Source of the DNA: Macrostomum lignano
Taxonomy: Eukaryota
DNA: 64,000 bases
Direction: 5' to 3'
Assembly (NCBI GenBank): GCA_002269645.1
Contig: NIVC01000070.1
Location: 930,001 to 994,000 of the forward strand
A program made the position numbers and the translations under genes. The notes beneath the pieces were generated by a model. It had not been told where the DNA came from. It searched no databases and saw only the letters and a list, made by a program, of their open reading frames with translations. Shown piece by piece: positions 40,207-52,500 of this stretch (its first letter is position 1; the number at the start of each line of letters is the position of its first letter).

Positions 40207-42150
40207 TCACTCCTTCATCCGGAGATCCCACACTAGCCGGGCAGTGGCGGCGTCCTCAATGCCCAGTCCAAGCGACTTGAAGACGGTGAGGCCGCCGCGG
40301 CTGGCCCGGGCCTCGCGGAACCGCTCGGGATGGGCGATGAGCTCGCCAAGCTCCGCGTGCACCGTCGCCTTGTTGACGATGACGTCGCCCGACTCACTGC
40401 TCGCCGACTCTCGACTGTCAGCGACGAGGAACGCCGCCGAGGTGACGGACTCGTCCAGCTCGCGCTGGTCCGGCCGGCAGGCGCCGACAGCGTTCACGTG
40501 ACACAGGCGGGGCAGCCAATCGGCGCGCAGCACTGGGTCACGTGACGAGGTCACCGTGCACACAATGTCTGCCTGGTCTACGGCAGCCTTGGCCGATTCG
40601 CAGTCCTCAACCTGACAGGAATTGATAAATATGAGTTGGTCATTGATAGATGCGAGTTGGTAATTGATAGATATGAGTTGGTCATTGATAGATATGAGTT
40701 GGTCATTGATAGATGAGAGTTGGTCATTGATAGATGAGAGTTGGTCATTGATAGATATGAGCTGGTCGTTGATAGATAAGAGTTGGTCATTGATAGATAA
40801 TATTTGGTCATTGATAGATATGAGTTGGTCATTGATAGATGCGAGTTGGACATTGATAGATAATATTTGGTCATTGATAGATATGAGTTGGTCATTGATA
40901 GATGCGAATTGGTCATTGATCGATAGGGGTTGCTCATTGATGGATGCGCTTGTTAAATCTCTAACCCGTCCTTTCAGCTAGATTACCTTCATGACATCCG
41001 GCTTGAATTTGGCAGACAGCATAATCTTTTCTACCAGAGCAGCTCGCTTCTCGGGGTTCCGACTGTGCACCCGGATGCATTCAATGGCGAACAGAGTGGC
41101 TATGGCCTCGAAGTGGCTGAACGCTTGGGCGCCGGAGCCCAGCAAAGCCAGGGTTCGACTTTGCGGATGAGCAAGGTGCCTTCGAGATAAAGAGGTTGGG
41201 TCAGGATAAGCAAAGTAGAGTGACGTCATATTTTTAGGCTCGATTGAGAAATGTATATCAAACGGCAAGAGCAGATAGCGTGGCGGTACATCAAAGGACA
41301 TGGGCAGATAGCGTGGCGATACATCAAAGAACATGGACAGATAGGATGGCGGTACTCGTACAACAAAGTACATGGGCAGAAAAGGTGGCGGAACATCAAA
41401 GGACATTGGCAGATAGGGTGGCGGCACTTCAAAGGACATGTGTAGATAGGGTGGCGGTACATCAAAGGACATGTGTAGATAGGGTGGCGGCACTTCAAAG
41501 GACATGTGTAGATAGGGTGGCGGTACATCAAAGGACATGTGTAGATAGGGTGGCGGTACATCAAAGGACATGGGTAGATAGGGCGGCGGCACATCAAAGG
41601 ACAGAGACAGATAGGGTGACGGCACATCGAAATGACATGGGCAGATAGGGCTGGCGGTACATCAAAGGACATGGCAGATAGGATGGCGGCACATCAAAAG
41701 ACATGGGCAGATAGGGTGGGCGGCACATCAAAGGAACTGAGAGTAGGTCCCACTGCAGGCTAACCTGGATGCCACAGCACTGGCAGCAGCAGTTCTCATA
41801 CAGGTGATCTCCTCAGCGTCCATCAGAGCTTGCAGGCTGCCACTCTCGGGGTCAAACAAGGTCACAATGCCTTGGTGACTGGGCAGGTCAGTGTTTCCAG
41901 GAAACACAGTGACCAGCTTGCAGGCGAGGGCGGAGTCGGGCGCGCTGTAGCAGGGCATGGTGAGCAGCAAGCCGGTGCTGCCGGAGTCCACTTTAGTGCG
42001 CATAGGCTGACAAAACTCGGACTTCTTAGTCGAGTAGGTGATGAGGGATCGTTCCACGGTGGGGATCAGATCCTCATAGGAGAGCAATCCTTTAATTTCT
42101 TGGCCCGAGATGAATGGGGGTGTACCGTGTTGTTGTTGAGTTGTTGCCAT
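40207..42150 (-). CDS. CRYM: Mu-crystallin / ketimine reductase (ornithine cyclodeaminase family), 327 aa; exons 42150-41765, 41179-40987, 40611-40207
   Basis: Motifs CKLVTVFP, ITCMRTAAASAVAS, LALLGSGAQA (Rossmann GxGxxA), ADIVCTVTSS, HVNAVGA…RELD, FKSLGLGIEDAATA; splice phases 2 and 0 consistent (984 nt). Confidence 0.93.
40620..40925 (+). repeat. CRYM intron 2 minisatellite, 21-bp unit GATAGATATGAGTTGGTCATT
   Basis: Direct tandem repetition; ends ~9 nt from the exon-3 acceptor. Confidence 0.93.
41262..41735 (+). repeat. CRYM intron 1 minisatellite, ~33-bp unit GTAGATAGGGTGGCGGTACATCAAAGGACATGT
   Basis: Direct tandem repetition. Confidence 0.92.
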
Positions 42151-42320
42151 GGTAACTGTAATTTTTTTCTGAATTTCTATACTGACTGCCAATGTTAATG
42201 AATCAAGTGCAGGTTCACTCACATAACTTAAATTACTTAGGTACATCAATAATAGACTATGGTATTATTTTGGACAATAAAGTGACGCATTTAGCAAAGA
42301 ATGATGCACCTGATGTGCAG

Positions 42321-42775
42321 ATGTGCCACCTCAGCGAATCATAAAAGTCCATAGCCCTTTCATGTGCCACCTCAGCGAATCATAAAAGTCCATAGCCCTT
42401 TCATGTGCCACCTCAGCGAATCATAAAAGTCCATAGCCCTTTCATGTGCCACCTCAGCGAATCATAAAAGTCCATAGCCCTTTCATGTGCCACCTCAGCG
42501 AATCATAAAAGTCCATAGCCCTTTCATGTGCCACCTCAGCGAATCATAAAAGTCCATAGCCCTTTTGACGTGCCGCCTTGGCAAATCATAAACCTTTGAT
42601 GTGCCGCCTTGGAAAATTATAACCCTTTGATGTGCCGCCTTGGCAAACTCATAACCCTTTGATGTGCCGCCTTGGCAAACTCATAACCCTTTGATGTGCC
42701 GCCTTGGCAAACTCATAACCCTTTGATGTGCCGCCTTGGCAAACTCATAACCCTTTGATGTGCCGCCTTAGCAAA
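42321..42775 (+). repeat. Compound array between the two CRYM first exons: 41-bp unit (~6 copies) then a related 32-bp unit
   Basis: Period 41 (42321/42362/42403) and 32 (42629/42661/42693); shared ATGTGCC…CATA…CCCTTT core. Confidence 0.92.
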
Positions 42776-42839
42776 CGCTGATCTTTTGATGCAGAGCAAA
42801 CGTCTAGCAAGTGGCTGGAAATGCCAAGCAAAAATCTAC

Positions 42840-43204
42840 CTGGATGCCACAGCACTGGCAGCAGCAGTTCGCATACAGGTGATCTCCTCAGCGTCCATCA
42901 GAGCTTGCAGACTGCCATTGTTGGGGTCAAACAAGGTCACAATGCCTTGGTGACTGGGCAGGTCATGGTTTCCAGGAAACACAGTGACCAGCTTGCAGGC
43001 GAGAGCAGCATCAGGCGCATTGTAGCAGGGCATGGTGGCCAAAATGCCATTGTTGCTAGTGAAAACTTTTTCTCTGAGTGGCTGGTAGAATTGGGACTTC
43101 CAGTTTGAATAAGTGACTAAAGAGCGTTCCACAACTGTGATAAGGTCCTCATAGGTTAGGAAAGCTTTAATTTCAGGACCAGTAATAAATACAGGGTTGC
43201 TCAT
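42840..43204 (-). CDS. CRYM: Second, intact copy of the CRYM first coding exon (MSNPVFITGPEIK…CMRTAAASAVASR); putative alternative first exon
   Basis: Open frame from ATG 43204; ends TCCAG|gtagat at the same codon position and phase (2) as the downstream copy; no own exons 2-3 exist between it and the shared exon 2. Confidence 0.8.
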
Positions 43205-44672
43205 TGTGCTAGAAACATAGTTTGGTTTAATAAATATTTAGCGATGGTCACGAAACGCATAGAAAATATTAGGAAATTCGAAAATATTATTAAAATGATC
43301 ATAGTGTAAACAACAAAACCTAAAATACAATTCTTGAAACTCTAATCTCAAATCTGCCTTATCTTTTCATCTTTTTCATGCATGATAAATTATGATAATG
43401 CATTATAAAAGTAAATGTTGGAGCAATTTGTATATAATAATATAATCTATTTTAGCATTGTTCATCCTAATATCAATATTCAATAACTGACTGACTGAAA
43501 ATTATTACATAGTTTAATGTCATGATTCAATACTTTTATGGCCAATAAAATCATATTTTTTGTGTGTTTCTTATACATTTAAGTATTTTATCCGATGGTT
43601 TAACGATTGAATAATTGAATGGCTAAATGGCCAAATGATTCACAGTTTTCACTTTACTTTTTACATCACCTTTGTCCCTTGCAAAGTTTGAATCTGTTTG
43701 ATTGAACTCAAACTAACATTTTTGTGATTTCAAAAGGTAGTAAGACATAAGGCATAAGGCATTTGCTTAAGACAATGATGTTCTACTTTTTTGCGTTCTC
43801 GTGCAAAATGGATTTGGCTGTAGAAAGTGATCGACAGGTATTTTTAACAGCATAAACTAATTGAAATCTTAAGCCGTTAAGGTAGCATATACTGTGGAAA
43901 CAAAATGCAATTACAGAAAACTGTCTGTCTGTATTTTTCTTCTAAGAAAAGGTAGTTCAGTCATTGACCAAAGGGTCAAAGCTGTCACTTCGTAACTAAC
44001 AACGATAATAATGGTGGAAATATATATATATTTATTAGAAATTTAGAATATTAAAATTTCAAGAGCGATAATTCTAGATCTTTTTTAAGCGGGTGAAAAA
44101 ATAAAACAGGAAAAACATAAGTTTATTTTTAAAAATGAATAGAGCTGTTTAACTAACTTATTAAATATTTAATATAAAAATTTTTCATCCTTAACAAATG
44201 AGCTACAATATACAGCATTTAAATTTGTTTCAAATAGTTTTTAGAGTCTCGTGCTACTTTTAATTCAGCAATTGAGTGTTATTTTTGCCTCTCTTGCAAA
44301 CTGCTCTATAAGAAGGAACAATAATAAATCACTTAAAGATACGCATATAGAGCTGCATCTCTATTTTTGTAGATTAGGAAACATGCACCATTGCAGCTAT
44401 GAATTGTAAACTCTAAGTCGAAAATCGCAACACTTCAAATTCACACAGAATTATAATTGTAAGTTAAGGGCCTATCAATCATATTAATTTTGACCAGTGT
44501 AGTAGGACAGTGGTTTTTTCACAATCAAGATCCGTAATTGTGCTTTTGCTATTGTAATCAGTGCTTGTTCAATTGTTCTAGAAATTTGTATAGGCCTAGG
44601 TAGGCATAGGGAGTAACAACTGAATGATTCCATGAAATTAAGCCTATTTAATGCCAATTGCCAATGAATTCG

Positions 44673-46587
44673 AAGGCCTATGGTAAGGGTCTATTTTAGT
44701 TATGCTCTCTGTAATAGGCCTATGGACCTAGTTATGGTAAAGCTGTTGAAATTTAATCTAATTTTCTATAGGGTCTAGTATACTTATCCAGACTGTCCAG
44801 ACAGTGGATTTTAGATATTATTTTCAGGTTTAGTTATATAGATTAATGATTGAACAGTGCAAGTTTCATAAAAAAGCAGTTGAGCAGTTTTTTTAAATTA
44901 ATTGCTTATCTACCTAGATAGATAGGCCTACTTATTTATACAGATTTTAGATATTATGTTTATAGTTCCTCTTTGTCTGCTTTGTTAATATAGTACTTGG
45001 CTATAGTAGCTTACCCAAGAGGGTAAGGAGGGAGGTAATTGGCCCCCTTAGTCTATATCAAGACTTTAAAAAATCAAGAAGGACAAGTGCATCTTTGCCA
45101 AAATATAGAGCTATCCTCTCTGCCTCTCTCTTGACTCTTAGATCTTTAGCCTTTAAAATCTATTTCCTTTTTCAATAAATTTCTGGGTATTCTATCTGGA
45201 CCTTAGTTTTTTAAACCTCTCAATAGTAATCTATCCTACTTAATGTTTATTTTCTTATTGATGTTTTACAATAGTCCACTCTTTGATCATATGTATCCTA
45301 ATGAGATTATCCAAGTGTGTTAGTTCTTTTCTTTAATATCTGATCTTCCCTCTTCCGTCTTTTCTTCTTTTCTTCTCTCTTTTCTCTTATCCTCTCTTCT
45401 CTTTTCCTTGATTTTTTCTTGTCTTTCCTCCACTTTCTCTTCTTTCCTCTCTTTTTTTATTCTCTTAACTTTCTTTCTTCTATCTCCTTCCTCTTCTCTA
45501 TTCCCTTTCCTATCCCCTCTTTTGGCCCACAGTTATGCTCTAGGCTGTCTATTTAGTCTAGGTCCTCAAAATTAAAAAAAGTTTGCTAACCCCTAATCTA
45601 AGTAGTTCTTTTTTCTTACTAGTAGTATTATTATTTACTAGTAGCATTCTTATTTCTAAACTAGTAGCATTCTTGTTATATACCAAAAGGTCTATTACTA
45701 ATATTTTATTTTTTGTATATATTTCTTAGAATAATTCTTCTTGGAATATATCTGCTATTTAAGAATTTAACTATCTAGTCTTTAGGTAAAACCAAGAGTA
45801 GAAAGTCATGAGTTTCTTTATACTATATATTTATCTCCAAGATCTATAAGTATGAGTATTTGTATTATATTTCTTTTATCTATTTATGAGCATTTTGCTC
45901 TTTTTAGAAATAAGAAAGTCTAAAATAGGATTCTCAATGTTTACTTGGAATACAACTATAAGTCTTACATCTTACCAAATTTTGTATTTGTTTATACTAA
46001 TTTTTTGGTTCATTTAAAGCAAAAAGTGAATGTGAATATTATTATAAAATGTGTATAAATTAAAAAATAGTAGAGTTGTATATACATTAAATTTGTACTA
46101 AATTTTTTGTTACAAAAAAGAAAGTTTTTTATATATAATATTATATATTTTATATTTTTTAAACCTATTTTTTCTAAACTACATCTTATAATATGGTCTT
46201 AGTTTAAAACTTAGGTCTATTTTCATTCTGCAGTGTATTTACTCAAGATATAGGGCCATAGCACTCTTATGATGTCACAAGGCATGCCATCTTTAGACTT
46301 TGATTATGTAAGTATTTTTAAACTAAAAACTATTTTCTTGATGATAAATTAATGTTAATGTTTTATGCAGATTTTGATACATAATATTGACACTTATGCT
46401 TGCTAATACAGAAGGTGCCATACTATTTCTAACATTACAACTTTATTTAGGCAAATTCATTCTAAATCTTTCAGAACAATTAATTCACATGCCAGAACTA
46501 TTAAAAGAAATTCTGAGGAAAAACTTCATAAACAGAGAAACAGAACAAAATTTTAATGAATCCTATGTCACAGACAGTTTTTGATCA
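44673..46587. other. AT-rich, almost CpG-free, TpA-rich island, probably heavily mutated transposon-derived DNA
   Basis: One CpG (45356) in ~1.9 kb by manual scan; the flanking AT-rich DNA at 43200-44540 has many CpGs. Confidence 0.7.
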
Positions 46588-49500
46588 CGAAGAGCTCCAT
46601 CATCTGCCCCTGCCAGCATCTTGCCACCTGCTTGAGTCAGAAATTCTTCTGCGGGTTGGTCGCCTCGCCAATGGCCAGATCATCGCCCTGACCAGCTACC
46701 GATTGCTCATCCTTGTGCACAGATTTGTCAGCTGTGACAGTGTCCCGGAGTCAAGTCTTGATCCAGTCTTTGTCCAGCCGCTGCGCTGCATCTCTCGATT
46801 AATCACGGCAGGCATTGAGTTTACCGCTATTCGAGTTGAATTTGTTTTAATTGCCTCACCGCTTGCGCTGCAGTTTGCCAGTGCGGCTGAGGCTCTGAGC
46901 TGGGCGCGGCGGCTGGACCCGTCCGCCATCGCTGCGCTGCCCCATCTGCGTTGCAGTTTGAATTCGAGCAGTCCGACCGAAGATGAAGCTGCTGATCCGA
47001 ACGAATTGATTGTTGCCATGGAAACCCGCCGGTTAGGCTTAACAGAAGCAAATGGCTGGCGGCTGAGCAAAGCGAATGATGATTACTCAGTCTGCAGCAG
47101 TTATTCCAGGTGAGGCTGAGAATTTGATCGTTTGAGAATTCTTATGGTGAGATTTTGAAAATCTAGATTTTTGTCACCGGTGAGATTTTGAAGATTTAGA
47201 TTTTTGTTGATCTAGATTCTTGTCATCGGTGAGATTTTGAGGATCTAGATTCTGTCAAGGGTGTCTAGATTCTGTCAAGGGTGAGATTTTGAAGATCTAG
47301 ATTCTTGCCAAGGGTAAGATTTTGAGGATCTCGATTCTTGCCAAGGGTAAGATTTTGAGGATCTCGATTTTTGTTAAGGGTGAGATTTTTAATACCAGAA
47401 TTTCTTTAAGTTAAGATTTTGCAGATTAGAGAGGGGTTCTGAGGGTGAGCATTTAAAATGCTGAGATTCTGTCACCAAACGATTGGTTGATAAGGTGAGA
47501 TTTGAGGATACAAATTCCGTTCCTTGAAGATTCGAACCCTAACCAACTACAGACGTCACGTGACGCCAACGAAGCTGTCAGACGCGGAGCTCATCGCCTC
47601 AAGCAAATATCGGTCTCGCGGTCGGTTTCCCAGCATTGTTTGGCGTTGTCAAGGCAACGGCGCCGTTTTAGCGCGCTCCGGCCAGCCGCTGGTGGCGCTG
47701 CTTGGCTGGCGTTGCGAGGCCGACGAGAAATTGCTGGCCCTGATTGGCAACTCGGGCAGGGGCAGACTGCTCATTGCCGACGCCAGGACTTACAGGTATG
47801 ACCTGCATGACTGGCTGTATGACCTGCATGACTGGCTGTATGACCTGCAGGACTGACTGATATGACCTGCATGACTGGCTGTATGACCTGCAGGACTGAC
47901 TGATATGACCTGCATGACTGGCTGTATGACCTGCATGACTGGCTGTATGACCTTCATGACTGGCTGTATGACCTGCATGACTGACTGTATGACCTGCATG
48001 ACTGGCTGTACCACCTGCATGACTGGCTGTATGACCTGCATGACTGGCTGTATGACCTGCATGACTGGCTGTATGACCTTCATGACTGGCTGTATGACCT
48101 GCATGACTGACTGTATGACCTGCATGACTGGCTGTACCACCTGCATGACTGGCTGTATGACCTGCATGACTGGCTGTATGACCTGCATGACTGGCTGTAT
48201 GACCTTCATGACTGGCTGTATGACCTGCATGACTGACTGTATGACCTGCATGACTGGCTGTACCACCTGCATGACTGGCTGTATGACCTGCATGACTGGC
48301 TGTATGACCTGCATGACTGGCTGTATGACCTGCAGGACTGACTGATATGACCTGCATGACTGGCTGTATGACCTTCATGACTGGCTGTATGACCTGCATT
48401 ACTGACTGTATGACCTGCATGACTGGCTGTATCACCTGCATGACTGGCTGTATGACCTGCATGACTGGCTGTATGATCCAAACGACTTGAACTGTACGAC
48501 TCGAATGAGTGGCTCTATGACCGAAAGTACAACCTCATCCTCAGCAACTTCATAGCGTTTTTTCCAAACGGAGCAAAACTGCTGTGCTGAACTAATCCAG
48601 GACCTGCTTCCCAAGGGAAATGTCTTATTATAGCTAATTTAACCTGTAGCCGTTCATACTTCGCCGTGCCCGGCCTATAATAAGCCCGGCTAATTTCTGC
48701 CCAATTATTATTGCCGAAACTGTCGCAAACTGTTCGAATCTATTTTTAGCTTGTACAGATAGCTTCTACCATTCCCTACCCCTCCCGTCTGGCCGTGCGG
48801 CCGTGCAATTAACTGATAAGCAAAGCCGGCTAGGCGTGTTTATTACAGCATGCCACGTGACGGCTTTGCCTTAGGACTCAAAAACTCAACCTAAAATAGG
48901 TGTTGCATAAATGCACGCTTGTTCCATTATACCCGCTATTATCTGGTTTCTTTATCTAGACTAGCGTGAGCCAGTTTGAGTCGCGTGACCAGTACTTGCT
49001 GGTGGTGTGAGCGACTCGATAATACTGTTGCAGGTGCTGCGTGTTATGCGTGTCGTACAATTATATGATATAAAATATTATGCACTTTATTTTCGCTGTC
49101 TGTATAGCACCAGTTGCGCGACATACTAACACTCCAGTGACTCTCCTGACACTACAGTGACTCTCCTGATACTCCAGTGACTCTCCTGACACTACAGTGA
49201 CTCTCCTGACACTCCAGTGACTCTCCTGACACTACAGTGACTCTCCTGACACTTCAGTGACTCTCCTGACACTACAGTGACTCTCCTGACACTCCAGTGA
49301 CTCTCCTGACACTACAGTGACTCTCCTGATACTCCAGTGACTCTCCTGACACTCCAGTGACTCTCCTGACACTACAGTGACTCTCCTGACACTTCAGTGA
49401 CTCTCCTGACACTACAGTGACTCTTCTGACACTCCAGTGACTCTCCTGACACTACAGTGACTCTCCTGATACTCCAGTGACTCTCCTGACACTCTAGTGA

Positions 49501-52500
49501 CTCTCCTGATACTCCAGTGACTCTCCTGACACTACAGTGACTCTCCTGATACTCCAGTGACTCTCCTGACACTCCAGTGACTCTCCTGACACTACAGTGA
49601 CTCTCCTGACACTACAGTGACTCTCCTGACACTCCAGTGACTCTCCTGACACTACAGTGACTCTCCTGACACTTCAGTGACTCTCCTGACACTACAGTGA
49701 CTCTCCTGACACTCCAGTGACTCTCCTGACACTACAGTGACTCTACTGATACTCCAGTGACTCTCCTGACACTCTAGTGACTCTCCTGATACTCCAGTGA
49801 CTCTCCTGACACTACAGTGACTCTCCTGATACTCCAGTGACTCTCCTGACACTCCAGTGACTCTCCTGACACTACAGTGACTCTCCTGACACTACAGTGA
49901 CTCTCCTGACACTCCAGTGACTCTCCTGATACTCCAGTGACTCTCCTGACACTACAGTGACTCTCCTGACACTCCAGTGACTCTCCTGACACTACAGTGA
50001 CTCTCCTGACACTCCAGTGACTCTCCTGACACTACAGTGACTCTCCTGACACTCCAGTGACTCTCCTGACACTACAGTGACTCTCCTGATACTCCAGTGA
50101 CTCTCCTGACACTCCAGTGACTCTCCTGACACTACAGTGACTCTCCTGACACTTCAGTGACTCTCCTGACACTACAGTGACTCTCCTGACACTCCAGTGA
50201 CTCTCCTGACACTACAGTGACTCTCCTGATACTCCAGTGACTCTCCTGACACTCTAGTGACTCTCCTGATACTCCAGTGACTCTCCTGACACTACAGTGA
50301 CTCTCCTGATACTCCAGTGACTCTCCTGACACTCCAGTGACTCTCCTGACACTACAGTGACTCTCCTGACACTTCAGTGACTCTCCTGACACTACAGTGA
50401 CTCTCCTGACACTCCAGTGACTCTCCTGACACTACAGTGACTCTCCTGATACTCCAGTGACTCTCCTGACACTACAGTGACTCTCCTGACACTCCAGTGA
50501 CTCTCCTGACACTACAGTGACTCTCCTGACACTCCAGTGACTCTCAAAACACTCTAGTGACTCTCATGACACTCCAGTGACTCTTCCGACACTCAAGTGA
50601 CTCTCCTGACACTCCAGTGACTCTCATGACCCTCTAGTGACTCTCAAAACACTCTAGTGACTCTCATGACACTCCAGTGACTCTTCCGACACTCAAGTGA
50701 CTCTCCCGACGCTCCAGTGACTCTCATGACACTCCATTAAACTCTCCTAACACGGCTATGACTGTTTCGACAAGCCATTAACTGTTTTGACATTCCATTG
50801 ACTCTCCGGACCCTCATTGACTGTTCTGATACCTCCTAACAGTTTATTGACTCTCCTAACACCTCACAGACACTGTGACACCTCATTGACTCTTCTTATA
50901 CTCGATCAATCGTTCTGACACCACATCCGCTACCTTTTTGAGTTCTGACCGAATTTCGAGCTTTGCCAGCACGGCAGCCCTACAAATTTGCAACCCGCCA
51001 ATCCGCAGAAGCGCCCTGGCCAACCGCACAGTTGGTGGCGGCTTTGAAAACGGCAGCTACTATTCGAACTCTGAGATCGCCTTCCTTGAGCTGCCGAATT
51101 TGCATTCGATTCGGCAGAGCTTCCTTGCTATGCAGCAGAGAGCCTTGGCTCCGGACGCGGATTTTGCTGAGCTGGCAGACGCTGGCGGAGCGTGCCTTCT
51201 CGGCGAGCTGGAGAAGTCCCGCTGGCTGCAGCTTGTCTCGGCTCTGATGGGGCACGCCACGAGGCTGGCAGCCGCCCTTGTTGTTGATGGTGAGCTGGAT
51301 TTGTGTTGACTTGGATTGTTGATCTATCCGATGGATTGGTAATCTATCCCATGGATTGCTAATCTATTCCATGGATTGCTAATCTATCCCATGGATTGCT
51401 AATCTATCCCATGGATTGCTAATCTATCCCATGGATTGCTAATATATCCCATGGATTGCTAATCCATCTCTCCCAAACTACTCGCAGGCCGATCAGTTCT
51501 GGTCCACTGCTCGGACGGCTGGGATCGGACTCCCCAGCTCACCTGCCTGACTCTGTTGCTAAGCGACCCGCACTATCGCAGTTTGGCCGGCTTTCGAACT
51601 CTGCTAGACCGCGAGTGGCTGCAGTTCGGGCACAAGTTCGCCAGCCGCTGCGGCCCCGCTGAGCCCAACGAATGGTCGCCAATATTTGTGCAGTTTCTGG
51701 ACTGCCTTCATCAGTTAATTAGCCAGTTTCCAAGCGAGTTTGAGTTCACGGATCTGCTGCTGCGCAGGCTGGCAACGCACTGCTATAGCGGCCTGTTCGG
51801 GCAGCTGAGCTGCAACTCTGATGCGGAGCGTTCGGCTGTTGCTATGACAACTCAGCAGCGGTGGAGTCTGTGGAGCCTGTTCGAGCTGCAGGGAGTTCGG
51901 AATCTGTTCTATCAGCCCAGCCGCGAGGTGCTGTCCCCGGACATCGGGCTGGCTAGCCTGAGCATCTGGTCCGAGCTCTACGTTCAGGGCAGTCGGATGG
52001 CTCCGGACAGTGTCCGATGCGACCTGGACGGACTGCCGGTTGAGATTGAGCCGCCACAGGTGAATTTCTGTGTGGTTTCTATTCTAGCAGGATTGGCTAG
52101 AGATTTTGTTGTGGGATTTAGGATGTATAGAGGATCAATGATTTGGGATTCAGAGACTGGGATTATTGATTATGGATTCAGAGACTGGGATTATTGATTT
52201 TGGATTCAGAGACTGGGATTATTGATTATGGATTTAGAGACTGGGATTATTGATTATGGATTTAGAGACTGGGATTATTGATTATGGATTCAGAGACTGG
52301 GATTATTGATTATGGATTCAGAGACTGGGATTATTGATTATGGATTCAGAGACTGGGATTATTGATTATGGATTCAGAGACTGGGATTATTGATTATGGA
52401 TTCAGAGACTGGGATTATTGATTATGGATTCAGAGACTGGGATTATTGATTATGGATTCAGAGACTGGGATTATTGATTATGGATTCAGAGATTGGGATT

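Noticed and set aside
40207-42150. Bacterial ornithine cyclodeaminase acquired by horizontal transfer or contamination
   Set aside because: Spliceosomal introns and animal mu-crystallin-like motifs; nothing in the sequence requires HGT (phylogeny not run)
48480-49128. Unique segment in MTMR intron 2 as a MITE
   Set aside because: No convincing terminal inverted repeats or target-site duplication visible
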